DNA of 64,000 bases from Enoplolaimus lenunculus (Eukaryota). The DNA is taken from the NCBI GenBank assembly GCA_030248215.1, contig JASANG010002537.1, positions 248,001-312,000 on the forward strand. Reading direction: 5' to 3'. The number at the start of each line of letters is the position of its first letter. Position 1 is the stretch's first letter. Positions 25,012-39,014 of the stretch are shown piece after piece. The translations under genes and the position numbers were made by a program. The notes below the pieces were generated by a model, which was given only the letters and a program-made list of their open reading frames with translations, was not told the DNA's origin and made no database searches.

Positions 25012-28000
25012 GGCCCATGTATAGCACAGAGGCTTCCCGTTTTCCAAGGTGGAAAACTAATGGCCAAGAGTACAGTGCAGCCACTACTGTGACGGCTACG
25101 AATCCCGCTGGTTTGGTCAGAAAATGACAAGCATAAGTTTGTCCCATATTTGCGTAGTGGCAAGGGAAAACTATAAAATTGCCAGGATTGAAATTCCTAA
25201 ATATCCTAAGGGTTCATAGGAAAATTTTTTAACGTAAAATTTGTTTGGAAAACGGAAAATCCAAACTGTTATATTGTCAATAAATTTTGGAAAAAATGTC
25301 ATAGCCACTCCTGTATGACGGCTAGGAATTCCGCTGGTGCGTGTAGGTGGCTGTGCCACTCCTAAATATATTTCATTATAAAACCTAAAACAAATCTAAA
25401 ACCACATCCTAAACCACACCTTAAGGGAGTCCCCGGCTCCGCCTAGTCTCTCTTAGAACTTAAAAGTTAGGCTTAGGCGTTGCTAAACGGCGTAAAAAGT
25501 ATAAATCTATGTATGGCGGCTGCGTCCGCAAGGTATTAGTATCAGGGGCCCTGCGTGGATTTTTGCTGGCCTATTGCGCCAAATGTCGTAGCTAGGGGTT
25601 TGTGGGGTTTATATTGTTGTTGTTAGCCTATTGTAATGGCGGACGTGAGTGTCCCTAAGGTGCCCGAGACACTCAAAAACATACAAATCAACTCCACATG
25701 GGGGCTGGGGTAGCCAACCTCCATATTCATTCTTGTATTTCTTCAGTACGGCATGCGGCATTCTTTTTATTCTCGCGTTGTACATAGTGGTTATGTTTAA
25801 GTGTATGTGGTAGTTTCTGGAGTTGGTTTGTATCAGTGTTCCGGGGGACTTAAGCTCCAAATGTGAGCACGGTGCACCGCTTTAAGGGATTCAGCAACGG
25901 AAGCGCCCAGCGCGTAGCCTTCGGGCAGTACCAGGGGAAATCGGGGTTAACTGGGGTATGTGTTAAGGGATTCTTGGGGTTACTTGAAGTTTGTTCTGGG
26001 GTTGTCGATTCTAGCGGGGCTAGTCTCGGCAGTTACTTGGGGAATTTCTTGGGGATTTTGTACGGTTACTTGGGGTTTACGTAGAATTTGGGTTGTCACG
26101 TTAAGTTAGCACTTGTTTTGGTACAGTGTGAGCTTGTGACTTTTAGTGGAACAACAGGACTAAGATATCGTAGTTGACGTGCGGAAAGCACCTGTAACAA
26201 AGGAACATTCGGCACCTTCGGTTGAATAAGGTCGGCAGTTAAGCATATTATGCGTCATCCATTTTATCGTGTGCCCGCCGTGTGGAAAATTGACGCAACC
26301 ATTTCCAAGTACGGTTTTGAAAAACGCTTCAAAAAGGAAATTGAATTTCAAAACTGTTTCAATTTCCCACAGCTATCGATTTTTTAAACTCAAGTAGTTA
26401 ATTGATAACATTATTTGATCTTCAATTTACCACTAGCGATTTTTTAAACAAGGGCAATGGGAAATTGCGCCATTTTCCAAATTCAATTTCCGCTTTGCCT
26501 TGACACTGCAATTACCAAAGTGGAAATTGAAAGAGAAGCATAACGTTTGCCAATTTAACGATATTGTCCCTGTTATCGAAAATTGAATTTACAGTTTACA
26601 ATTTCAGTTGTGATATTGTCCCCAAAAAGGTTGAAATTTTGCAACTCAAAGTTCAAATTGAAGGTCAGAATGACAGTTTCTAGAAATGATGTTTGATGGG
26701 CCACCCAAGTCGCAAGGTTGAAATTGTGCGATTGAAATTGAAAGTAGGAACTGAATGTGATGGGCCTCCTAAGTTGAAATTTTGGAGAGTTTCTAGAAAT
26801 GTTTTATGGGCCGCCCAAGTCGCAAGGTTGAAATTGTGCGACTGAAATTGAAAGTAGAAATTGAATGTGATGGGCCTCCTAAGTTGAAATTTGGACCCCC
26901 TTATCACACCCTCTTATTCGGGTAGTTACAATAATAAAATCATTAATATTGTACCCTATCCATTTACGGACTCTAATTAAAGAAATGAAGACGTATTGAC
27001 TTATAGACTCCAAAATCAGACTATTTTCTCCTCTTTTTATTTGGGTCAGTACAGTACATAGGTTTTATTCACTGTCATTAGCATGTGCATACTTGATATA
27101 TTGAACAGTTTTGTTAACTCAATTCATTAAATACGGCAATCTACCACCCTAAACGGCGTCTTATCCTGGTTTCTAGCTCTTTGTACATGTCAGAACGAAC
27201 GTAGTCTATTTGAATCAGCTTTTAATCTGCCCCAATTCAAGGCCTGGTTTATGCCTAACATTACGTATGCAATATTTACCCCATTCAAAATCGAATATTT
27301 AGAATAAATTCAGTTGTAAACTGCACGCATCTCTGGCTCATGGCTATGTCAAATCATCACATATACATAAACATGAATATGCAGATAGAAAGAAAATATA
27401 AACGTATAATACATTTTAACAGGTATATTAAACCGTTGAAATTGGAGGTCAAAGGTCATGTACCTACCGCAGTGTTTCCGCTTTTATGATTTTTTCAATT
27501 TCCCACTGCCCTGCTGATTTTCAACTACCGTGAGGGAAATTGAAACTGAAATTTGGGTGCCCATTTCCCACTGCAGTTTTGGTGACTTTTCAATTTCCTT
27601 TTCGACAGCAAATTTAGCTTATCAATTTCCTATTTAAGTTTTAAAAATGTCTCAATTTCCTACTGCTGTCCTATTTAAATTCCCTATTGGGAAATCGACA
27701 CTCAAAATATCATTTCAATTTACTAGTACGGTTTGTAAATTGTCTCAATTTCCCACTAGACCAATTTTTTCAAATTAAATTTCCTTCCTGACGCGTTTTT
27801 CAAAACCGTACTTGGAAATGGTTGCGTCAATTTTCCACACGGCGGGCACACGATAAAATGGATGACGCATTACTCCTTTACTCGTTGTACTCGGTATTTG
27901 TGCTTTACTCGTAAAGCTTTAATACGGTGTTGGGGGGGCATAAAAGGGTAAAACGACTGCATTTACTGAATCAGAGCGGCATAAGCGTCATTGGAATATG

Positions 28001-28527
28001 GACATGAACGCGGAGTTGGTGGTTTCATTAAGCATCCGAAATCACGAACTATTCACAGTACACTAGGAACAATCACGAGCATAATTTTGGCTAGGAAAAT
28101 TTAGACGTTTGAAATTTCTAGGTACTTCTCTCGTTTTCTAAAAACAAAACCTACACTTCAGAATCTTTCTACCTAACCAAGAAAACCCTATGCGTTTTAA
28201 ATTTTCCACTTTTCCCGTTTTCCAAACCGAACCCACACAACCTAATTTTTCAGGCAAAGCAACTAAGGCATTCAAACCCTACCAGACCTGAAGACAACTT
28301 ACACTGGTTTATGACTTCGCCTCTCGCGAAACCTCCAACTTTCCTTGCCGAACTAGGGAATATTCAGGCGTCAGAATTTTCCACTTTTCCCATCTAAAAT
28401 TATGCTTGTGATTTTTCCTACCAAACCAACGGAACTCCCAGCCGTCATACAGGAGTGGCTTCGCTGCACTCCTGGTCAGAAGTTTTCCACCGAGGAAAAT
28501 GGGAAGCCCCTGTGCTATACATTGGCC
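25012..28527. mobile_element. 3.5-kb GGCC-ended non-autonomous transposon (Merlin-like) with nested insertions
   Basis: TIR GGCCCATGTATAGCACAGAGGCTTCCC / GGGAAGCCCCTGTGCTATACATTGGCC, CATTATT on both flanks, subterminal AGCCACT..GACGGCT repeats. A diverged inverted copy of the interior lies at about 54830-56110. Confidence 0.8.
26250..27872. mobile_element. Long-TIR element nested in the 25012-28527 transposon
   Basis: About 78-bp near-perfect TIR ATGCGTCATCCATTTTATCGTGTGCCCGCCGTGTGG.. extending imperfectly inward, CAATTTCC subrepeats, and an internal duplication of about 113 bp at 26678-26892. A half-copy lies at about 60590-61008. Confidence 0.85.
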
Positions 28528-29410
28528 CATTATTATTTTTCACCTTTCCGTTAATATTTTGGAATGATTCGCGTATTTCTGTGTTTATCTTGTACCTATG
28601 TGTGGTTTGTGGTAATGGTACACAGCGGCTTTCATGTGTTCTGCAATAGTCTACATACCTGTTGGGATATGTGCTTATAACACTATGCTTTTTGGTTTCA
28701 TACTTGTGTAAATTCCTTGGCTTAATTGGTGTTTGTTTGCCTAAATTAGATGCGGTCGGTTGTTTTCTAATTTTTTGAGCTTAACATTAAAAACTGCAAG
28801 TGTTTAAATTTTTAAAGACAAAAATTGTTCAAAGTATTTTGATTCAAATGAATGCAAACGGTTTTAGTGCTGTGTTCGAGGTTAAGTTTGTAGAAGTACA
28901 CAATCACAAATCCTACTTCTACGTTTGCAACAGTCTCAGGTTTAGGCTATTAAAGGTGCTTACCGTGGAATCATTGTGCTTTCAATAGCAATATCTGTCC
29001 GGTTCGTTTCGGTAAAATTCTACATAATTTTGCAAAATTTGTCTGCTTAGCGCGTATCATTTTACTTTTGTCACAATTTTCAGGAAAGAATTTCCGAAAC
29101 TTCGCCATGAAATTAGCGTAAACAACTTAACAACATATTGCAGATATTGGCAAAATTAACTAATTAACCATTATTTTTACTACTTAATTTTGCCTCCCCT
29201 CCGGCTCCGGCAAGTTTCGTTGACGTCCGGCTCCGACATTTTTCACCTCCGGTTGCACCCTGGAAGACATCCCTTGAGACCCAAAAAAATTGCCAAAAAG
29301 TATGAATACTGGCATATAAACAATTCGTCCTATGAACAATTTGACCTTTAATAATTTATTTAACTATTAACCAAACAGCTTGAGTGTTCAGCTTCTCAAA
29401 AAATGTATTT

Positions 29411-29857
29411 ATGCGGGGTTCACGTTACCGATTGTGCGCTTGGGACCTGGCTTACCTTACGATTGTAGCTATGGGTAACTGGTCTTCGGCTTGTTACCCA
29501 TATGGGTACCTTGCGATTGTTTTAACAATATTTACAGCTTGCGTATTTTTTAGATTTTTTCGAAAGATACATAATATATTGTAAAAAAGACTAAACCAGA
29601 CTTGTAAAACAAAAGTCACTGTACCGAGTCGTTTTAAAGTGCAAGCTTGAAAGTGCATTATGATGGCATATATGGGTTACAAGCAGACATCTTGATTCTA
29701 CCCATATGGGTAGGTCAATATTTCAAGAACCTAGCTATGTGCAACAGTTTATTTTCTGTTGGTATCCATATGGATAACAAAAAAGTTAGTGTGTACCGCT
29801 ATGGGCATAGTGACAAAACAGGTACCAAACGCACTATTGGTAACGTGAGTCCTGCAT
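29411..29857. mobile_element. MITE with imperfect TIRs of about 40 bp
   Basis: ATGCGGGGTTCACGTTACCGATTGTGCGCTTGGGACCTG / CAGGTACCAAACGCACTATTGGTAACGTGAGTCCTGCAT, with TATGGG subrepeats. Confidence 0.75.
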
Positions 29858-30351
29858 TACGTTTTCTATAACTAAAATTGCTTTTATTTTTTATAATGGG
29901 ATAGTTTGCCTAGCAAAGGTTTTGGAACTTCGCTTTTTGGTTTTAGAACTAAAAAAGAATTGTGAATATTTTTGATATAACCTTTCCGCACGTGTAACTG
30001 ATCATATTGTCTGAATGAAACTCATGCGCAATTCAATCCATCAGCGAAGGTCCAGGCAACTACGAGTGTAAATGGTCACAGTAAAATAAATTACAGTTGT
30101 AGCTAGATAATGGCTTCCATTGAAAAACAAACTTAACGAAGTTAAGAATCGCAAAAACATTTCAAGTTGCAGGGTTCACTCCAAGGAATCAAAATGATTC
30201 ACTTTGAACAGGCGGTTTGCCAAACAATGTCACACCATAGATTTGAAATTTAGAGACATCTGTTCTATTCGAATTATTTTCAACGATTAATTAACATTGA
30301 CAGTCAATAGTGGATAACACACAGCCTGGACAAAAGTTAGCAAACATATTA

Positions 30352-33300
30352 TCATTTAAGCAAAGTGCTCATATTCATTACTCTGTTTTCTTGAATCCAC
30401 GGATGTCGCTTTACATCACCGAGTGATAATCTATCCTTTGGATCATGTTGTAGAAGCTAAAATACAAAGCAAATTTATCACAACTTACTGAATAGAAAGA
30501 AACAGATTATAGCAGTACGATATATAACAAAATACTTATGAAATAATGTATGTCTATAGCGAATACTTGACATATCTGACCTAGTTAACTTAATACTGCA
30601 ATTTTCTTAAAACATTTCGCTAGCGAGGTCTTTGAGTTTAATAAGGACATGCCTGTCGGTAACTCTAGCATCCTTATATGGCATCAGTAGCAAGAAGGTC
30701 GATTGTTAGTTCCATTGCAGTAATTGTAATTTGCACAGAATATCTGGAAGCGTTTTTGCTTCCGGTTTTGAGAAACTAGGACGGGAAATTTTCCGCCTTG
30801 CTATATGTCGATGTTCCCTACCAAATTACACACAGAATCTAAAACAAAACCATTAGGCTGCGTAGTCCATTTATCTGCACAGAGTGCCCTTCATTACCTT
30901 TGTAATGAGATCACGAGCTCCATCAGGTACTTTTTCATTGAATTCATAGCGCACACGAGTGATCCGCTTGTAGGTTTCACTATGACTGTTGGTTTCAAAT
31001 GGAGGGTGGCCGACAAGAAACTCGTACGCAAGAACGCCAATTGCCCAGTTGTCCACCTGAAACATCTCAACAAGGCCGTAGTAGTAGTAGCACGTAAAAG
31101 ATTGTACTGAATTATTTTATGTAAACAATATAAAAATACAACTTCACCTAAGTAAAGCCTTGAAAAATACTTAACAAAATGCAAGCGCATGCTTACTCGT
31201 TCGTTGTGCGGTTTTCCTTCAATCATTTCTGGAGGCAAATAATCAAGGGTACCGCACATCGTGGCTCGCCTATAAACATCAAAATTTATTTACACACATG
31301 TGGCTCAACCCAATGCTAATCAGCCATGACCACTGCTTGCGGGTGGTAGAACATAACATGTTGAATGTTCGTGTTACATGCTGGGCTGAAGGCGTTTTAT
31401 ATATGTTTCTTTCGTTTTCAAACCACGCTAGTGATGCTCTACACTGACTGGAACACTTAAAAACTCAAAACTCGCTAGACATTACATGTATCGGAATATG
31501 GTTTCGTTAAATATGCTGGAGCGATTTTACATATAGCATAACTGACAAGACCTTCAATTGTCTAAATCTTATCTGGATAAAGACGCAATTTTTTTTCAAT
31601 TTCTTACTGACTAGTTTCTTTCAGTCATCAAAAAATCGCATGGTACATAAGTGTATAACTGCTGTAGTAATGGTAGTTGGCAAAAAATGTAGGATCCCAA
31701 ACTAATTTTCATCCATCCAATTATCAAACAACTATGCTTTCCAATTTCATTTCCAAGGTTTCATTACCATATAATCAATTGTAGAAAAATGATTCTTGCC
31801 ACTACATACTTGAAATACAAGAAATGGGAGTCTTAATCTCAAAGCCTCTAAAACTTCTGAGACTCGCGTAGTCTCAGTCTCAGCTTTTGAAAAGTATCAG
31901 GTTTAGAAACTGAAAGTCCGGTAATGATACCAGCCAGGAGTTGCGGCAATATTTTATAAATATTTATAATTGTTATACGAACATTTTTTTGCTATTTAAT
32001 AACATTGTTATTAATATTTTTTTAGATCATGCTAGATTATAATTTATCAGTAAGTGATTGAGCACTGCACAGGATCCTTAATTACGCGATATTACATAAA
32101 ATATAAGTTCACGTAGCGTAGTAAGTAGGGAAATTGTGACCGTCTCAGTCTCAAATTCTTTATTGAGACTCCCATCCCAGTAAGTAGCAGACTTAAACGC
32201 CGCATATGCTTTATATATACATACAATGTAAACTGCAGTTTGCAAAATGTTTTGTTTTACAGTTTAAGTTATAGAGTGTTCAACCTTTCCATACCTTGAT
32301 GTTGGAGTATGAACAGACCATCCAAAATCGGCAATTTTCAAGTTACCATGGTAACTTTGTAACAAATTTTCTGGTTTAATGTCACGATGGATCACCTTTT
32401 TCGAATGACAATATTCCAACGCGTCAGTCAATTGATAAATGTACTGCAAACATGAAAATAAAAAATAAACGTTCACGTTGCGTAACATGAATTATTTAAT
32501 TCAATAACCCAAGTTAATCAAGACAACAATGTAAGCATATCGAGTAGTTTTTGTACCTTTAATTTTGCTTGTATTAAAAGGAAAAATAAAATGACAAACA
32601 ATATTGTAGCAACCCATCACTGAGAGCGTTTTTAGTGCAGGGGTAAATAATGAGTCCGGAATATCTAACCAGAGAACCTCAAAATTTTGTTTCATTCTGA
32701 ACTCTGCATATTATAATAAACTCAAAAATACGATACCGTTGCAGTTCGCGGAAAACAAAAATTGCCCGCTTTTTTCAAGTCTTTATACAATTCTCCCCGT
32801 GCTGCGTACTCCAAAACCAAGAATATTCGGGTATCATCCCAAAAATAGCTGTACATTTTAAGAATGTTTGGATGTCTGAAAAAAACAAGGTTATTGTGAA
32901 CAACTGTAGAAGCCCGCAAACGTCTTGTGAAGGTGAAACAACCAAGTTTTAATCAAGTTACATAATTCTAATTGAAATTGGCAATATTTCTATCCTTGAC
33001 ATCTTTCCATTTCCACATTTCATTTTAAATTGACTGTGCAGTCCAATGAAACCCTAGTCGTAGGGTCGGTCACAGAAAGCGCCCTAGTCGGCCGGCCACA
33101 GCGAAATGATTTATCTACACCACCCCCGAGGAAATATAATAATGGGACCGCCAATGCCTAGTCGGATGGGCCAGGGGACCGGGTAGTCAATCAGAAGGTA
33201 AACAATGAATATGAAATTATAATTTGTCGAACGTTTTTGTCGTAGATAACAGCATTGGTTTAAGCCTAGAACATTACGATTAGCACTTGTGTGAGACAGA

Positions 33301-36300
33301 ATTGCGGATGTGCCGATACCAAAATTTTTGCCGATGCCGATCTTTATTTTGAAATTTTGCCGATGCCCATTCCATCCAACTGTAGTAAACCATGCTTAAT
33401 AAACGGATAGGATATTACATTACATCATTATATGAAGACTTAAACCCTAACCAACATAAACGATTAGAATTTTATGAGAACGGTTCATTTCAATTATTTT
33501 TTTCAAACACAAACGCAAAAGAGAACAATTTTCCTGACTACACACACTGACATGTGCCCAGTAATGAAACTGTATATAATATATGTGCAAAAAGTATCGG
33601 CAAAGAATCGACATTGTTGTGCAGTGCTGATGCCGACACTCACGAAAAGTGCCGATTATTACCGATGCCGAATCCAATTAATCGGCACATCTCTAGACAG
33701 AATGAATGTAAACTCCAGTCTTTCACTAATATACCCAAACAAAGCCACAACTCAAGTTAGCAAATATGCTGCTGGGTGGCACCGAATCAACTGCTAATTT
33801 GCCGCACCCGAATCTTGCATGTTGCAAATTTTAGATATTTCTATTTCAGAATATCAACTCGAGCAACGCCAATCGCATAAAGCGAGTTTTAAATATTTTT
33901 TATCTTCTCAGAATTGCCGTTTAATTGATGCAATTAAATTAATAAATCGCCAACGTAAAGACCTGGACTTCTTTTGAGGCGGACATTCGGCAAAATATGA
34001 TTATATATTACGCTGAGTACTCATAATTTTTAATAGCGTTACAAATAGCCGTAGTAACTAATACAATTCAATAATGACCTGAAAAAAGCACAATCATTTA
34101 AAGACCGTTTCAGGGCATGCAGCATTCGAAAGTACCTTGCCGCAGCAAGTTCAACCCGCCTGAGCCTTATGATAAACTGAAGCTGTGACTAATATATAAA
34201 ATATATATTAAGGGGGCCCCCCAGGAAAACTGCAGGAGAAGCCAACACAGCTGTAAGATTTGTGACATGAGACAAAAAACATATTGCCGAACATTGTTGG
34301 ATTCGGCTTTTTCCCAACCGAATCGGAATCCGAACAACAAATTTTTGCCCAATCCGAACCTTTGTTACCACTCTGATATATTGTACACAGTATGAAATAA
34401 ACGTAATTAATAATTATGTATCATTGTCCGTACCTTAGATGACTCTGAATTTCAATCTCACGGCGAAGCTGATGTTCAACGCCTGCTTTGCTCAACTGAG
34501 ATTTGAACAAAAGCTAAAAAGTAATTGATGTAGAATGCTGATTAAGCATTGCGCAATTTGCAAATAATAATATATAGGTAAAAACGATTAAAAGTCAAGC
34601 TTCCCATTATACGTATATACCTGCAATCAAAATCGGAACTAAATTTGAATCTAAATTTTTATTGGAATCGGAATTACGTTTGTTCGTCCAATGCTATAAA
34701 TTTCGTAACAGATGATCCGCACTCGCTTACCCACAAAATTATACAGTATATAATATGTCGTGCCACGAACAGCTGTTCGCCCCGGTTGGCAACTGGGATG
34801 TCCAAATAAGAATTGCTGTTCGGGGCAGCCCAAATATCAACTGGAATACAAACTGTTCTAGATTGCAGGATTGTACAGACCAAATAGCTGCTCACCATAT
34901 TTGCAAAGTATAAGTTAAACAAGTTTTATATAGTATACAAACAGAGCTGTGTCAACGTGTGTCGTAAGGTTTAATGGAGTATATACGTACAACGTTATTT
35001 GGGTAATGTTGTTTTTATTTCTGTTTTTATTAGTCAATCAAATTGCGTCTCTATAATACTTTTCTTCGTATAAACCTTGTTTATTTATAGTTTGCAAATA
35101 TGGTGAAGCCAAATAATTACTGTGCAAGTCAGTTTTCTTAAATATATGTAGTCAAACCTAAACAACGAATCAAAATTAGTCTGTATTCCAGTAGTTGTTT
35201 GGGCTGCCCCGAACAACAATTGTCGTTTGAGACGTCCCAGTTGCCAACTGGGGCAAAGAGCTGTTTGGGGCGCGACATTATACACTCTTACCTTCAGGGC
35301 AACAATAAATTTAGAATCACAAGTTCTTGCAAGGTACACATTACCAAACTTTCCTTTTCCCAACGGCCGACCAATTTCAAAATCAGCCAGTGTCCAGTTA
35401 TCTCTGTAAACGTACAAGAAATAGCGTTATTTTGCTATATCGCTGGCGTAGCCAGAAAAAATTTCTAAGGGCGTGCATAATCTGCAATTATATAAGTAAG
35501 TATTTTTGTATTTTGAAATATGTACGATCCTAGAAGCAAATTTGTTCAGATCTTTTCAATTTTCTAACGTTAATTTCGTATATACGTACTTATACGTATA
35601 ATGTTTATTCGTATGTGAATGGAGATATAGGTTATGCAAGAAAAGCGCAGGAAACGAGACGTTTTAGTCCCCCGGAGAGTAAATATTGCCAAAAGAAAAA
35701 TTTCAAAAAAGACTGTCAATTCTGGGTTCATTCAAAGGCTCAAACGTTGGGGATTACCCGATGTGGATCGTGGTTTTGCAACTAGATAAAAAGTTATAAG
35801 TGAAAGATTTCAAAATTTGATTCCCCAGAAATTTTCAATAATCGCGTGCATACGAATTTTGAAGTAAAAACTTAGTAGACTGAGTTTTTGCAAATTGACA
35901 CTTCACCTTAACCATTGGTTATAAGGTCCAATAATGCCATATTTCTGTGACTGAAAACCTATTGGTCCGTGAAAGCTGCTAAAATATAGACCTGAAAAGA
36001 AAAAGTTTGATTTAAAAATACAAATGGCCTTATCCAACATGAAATGTTAAGAACTTGAAAGTACAAGACGCAATTTGGTGAAAGTATGCGTGTGGTTCCG
36101 GGAGACCGGTCAAAGATCTTTCTAGAAAGAAATATGTCTACACCTCAATGCTACCGATTGCAATCGTTTGATTTTTTAGTAAGCTAAAAGAAATCATGAT
36201 AACATGTAATATTTGTTATTAGTAACAATTGAGCCCAAGCTCTTCGTTGTAATTTTACAAATGGAGAATAGTACGTATGCTTTGCGGGGGAATTAAAATG

Positions 36301-36909
36301 TGTTCCACATTTAAACTGACTTTTGTAAAGTCCTTTCGTGTGCTCTAACTGTTGTGTATTATGAGAACTTTTCATTCGCTTTTTATGTCCATTTCACTAT
36401 CGTTCATTACTGAGAAACGTCGTTTTTAAAATCGGTCGTGAAATGTATGTAAATGAGCGTCAGTTCATTTTAGTAAAACGTTTGAAAACCATAAAAATCT
36501 TTCAAAAATCCTTAATTGACTCACGTAAAAACAATTCTATCACGCTCGGTTCTTGTGTGAAAAATATGTAAATCACAAAAAATACTGTACATATTTTTAT
36601 TTTCTTGCGGTTTGCTTTTACATACTGCACAAACTAGTTAGATACTGGTTATAACCAATTCCAAACTCGTAAGCTGCTTACAGTCAATGTGGCTATTACT
36701 CCACGTAACCGTACACCACCGCTTTTTATTTCCTTACGATATAAAACAAAAAACACATTTACGTTTATATATACCTGGCAACAAGTACATATCCATTTTC
36801 AGTAGTTACAGAGATGAACTTCATCATTACACAAAAGCTTCTTATAGAAACATATATATACTTACTTGGGAATGACAACAGAAGTATTTTCATCGCTGGC
36901 CGACATCAT
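30352..36909 (-). CDS. AURKB/air-2: Aurora kinase, Aurora B/AIR-2-like; 8 exons, about 286 aa
   Basis: Exons (minus): 36909-36866, 35403-35292, 34513-34434, 32875-32737, 32443-32295, 31269-31197, 31056-30898, 30456-30352. Motifs: [74 protein letters not shown]-terminal RLSL D-box and HPWI. The very short N-terminus and YFWD favour the B type; the A versus B call is inference. Confidence 0.93.
33306..34376. mobile_element. Stack of three MITE families in Aurora intron 3
   Basis: TAGGGATG family at 33306-33694; a CAGGGTGGCA-family copy at 33772-34376 split by a derivative of the 2559-3315 element. Confidence 0.75.
34750..35283. mobile_element. Foldback MITE with arms of about 100 bp in Aurora intron 2
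   Basis: 34752-34849 and 35182-35281 are imperfect reverse complements (CCCCGGTTGGCAACTGGGA..GTTCGGGGCAGCCCAAA). Confidence 0.8.
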
Positions 36910-38586
36910 AACAGGACAGTCAACGCCTGATCACACAGCCCCTTTATTTATCAAACTTTAATTCAACGAAATGAAGTTAATAGTACGCGTATTAAGTATA
37001 TACATATTAATGCTGAGCTGAGTGCACTCGCATTGCACAAGAATTCCGATTAGAAATCCGGTTCAAACAAATTCCGATTCCGATTGCACAATCAATTGGA
37101 ATCGGAATTTACACAATTTTGACGTGCAAAAAACAGTTGTATGATATTTGGAACCACAACCACAAAAATCCGGTGGCCGATAAACTTTTACTGGATACCG
37201 AAACCGGATACGGATGACGGATTTGGCCGGATATTAGACCGGAACCGGTTATACGGTCGATCCCGGGATAATACGTGCCACACACAATAAATTTAAATCC
37301 CCACACTTCTTATCGAGCCTAGCTATGCAGTTAAAATTTATTTTGAACACGAACACGTTTCGGTAGGTTGGGTGATCAGTTCGGTGAGCTAAAGTATCTT
37401 ACATTTATCACTTCCAATGAAGCACAATCTGTTGCATTACATTAGTGTACAAATACCGTCTTATTGAAGTCCTCATAATATTCTCATATACCCTTACAGT
37501 GAGCCGCACCACATGATAGGAAATAAATTTGCTAGGTCGTCTCCATCATGTGTAAGAGTTTCTGATAAGCGTTTAATCGAATCTTAAAGAAGTCTAATAT
37601 TTCAACTCGAAAAATGGTTAAGTCTGTTGAAATTTAAGTACGGACAAACCGACCGAAAGTTGATGTTGAACTGTTGAAAGTTTCGTGGCATACAGAATGA
37701 TATACTATTTTTGCGGTTTACTAGTGCAGAGAGAGAGTGCCTGAGGCATGGGGTCTTCGACATAAAATCCAAATTTACTGACGGTGAATTCTAAAAAATT
37801 TTGCATGCAGCTAATTTGAAATACCTCATTCCAATTACCAGCGGGCCTTTCATGTTCCCTTTCAACGGTTGTCTCGGGGCTCCGATTGAACCAATATTTA
37901 CTAAAAGACCGCACAAAATATGTATTACAATATTACATATGCTCATGTATATGTTACGTCACACATACACAAGTATACATAAATACATGGCCAGTAATTG
38001 CAGAAAGTGGATAAATGTATTTACAGATTCCTTGTACTTTTGTTGATTGCTGTATTATGATGTGTAGATATGATTTACTTCTATAATGCCTGTGATGTAC
38101 TGGTGTCTACTGATTTGGAAGTCGAATTAATTTTCGCTGACTCGAAGGTAAAAGAGGAATTCGGAGAACATGAATTTTGCGTTTCGGCTCAACCAAGGAA
38201 CTTCGAAACTGTGTATTTTTTAAAAAATTGTGCTGCGGATACTTTATTGAGTTCAGCCTGTGGGCATGTAAGACATGCTTGTCCTGGTGCTTGTGCAATA
38301 TATGCAATGCACATTGTATAGTATGCTTGTTGGCAGCATGCTGTCCGCATATAGTCGACGACAAAGCCGCCCGTAATCCGCCTTTCCAGCTGCTTAGTAA
38401 AAAGGTCTGAAGTCTGGGTTCTACCTAGATTGCCATGGGGGCTACTCGAGTAGGGGATGGCACATTGCCGCACTGTGAACACTATCTCCAGTCGAAAATA
38501 CGTGTCAGAACTGCACGGTCGGGACGGCCCCTTTCCTCGAAGTACTGTGAATATACATGATTTTCCTTTTAATTCTCCGAAAGATA

Positions 38587-38659
38587 TGACCACGCCGGGA
38601 ATCGAACCTCGGACCTCTCGCTCGCGAGTCAAGCGCGCTACCCATTACACCACGCGGCC
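38587..38659 (-). tRNA. tRNA-like (pseudo-tRNA or SINE head), anticodon CGC
   Basis: 73-nt cloverleaf GGCCGCG TG GTGT AATGGGTA GCGC G CTTGA CTCGCGA GCGAG AGGTC CGAGG TTCGATT CCCGG CGTGGTC A. A and B boxes are intact, the T and anticodon stems are imperfect, and there is no adjacent T4 terminator. Confidence 0.55.
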
Positions 38660-38941
38660 GATATCATAATTTCCTCTGGTAGTATATGTGCACGAGTATG
38701 TATGTGTTTTAACATTACACACTCTGCACATACACAAGCTAAACCACGTATACCCACATTCCCCCATTCTTAGGCGGTCGCCCCGGACCGCGAATCCAAA
38801 CTTCTCCGATTCTATGAGCCTGTAATTTACAGCGCCCATCTCGGTGGGACCTCCATGTCAGAACTGCACGGTCGGGACGACCCCTTTTCTCAAAGTACTG
38901 CGAATTTATTTGATTTTTCACCTAAATTTCTCCGAAAGATA

Positions 38942-39014
38942 TGGCCACGCCGGTAATCGAACCTCGGACCTCTCGCTCGCGAGTCAAGCGCGCTACCCAT
39001 TACACCACGCGGCC
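38942..39014 (-). tRNA. Second copy of the tRNA-like element, anticodon CGC
   Basis: Near-identical to 38587-38659; lies within the direct duplication 38503-38758 / 38856-39113. Confidence 0.5.
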
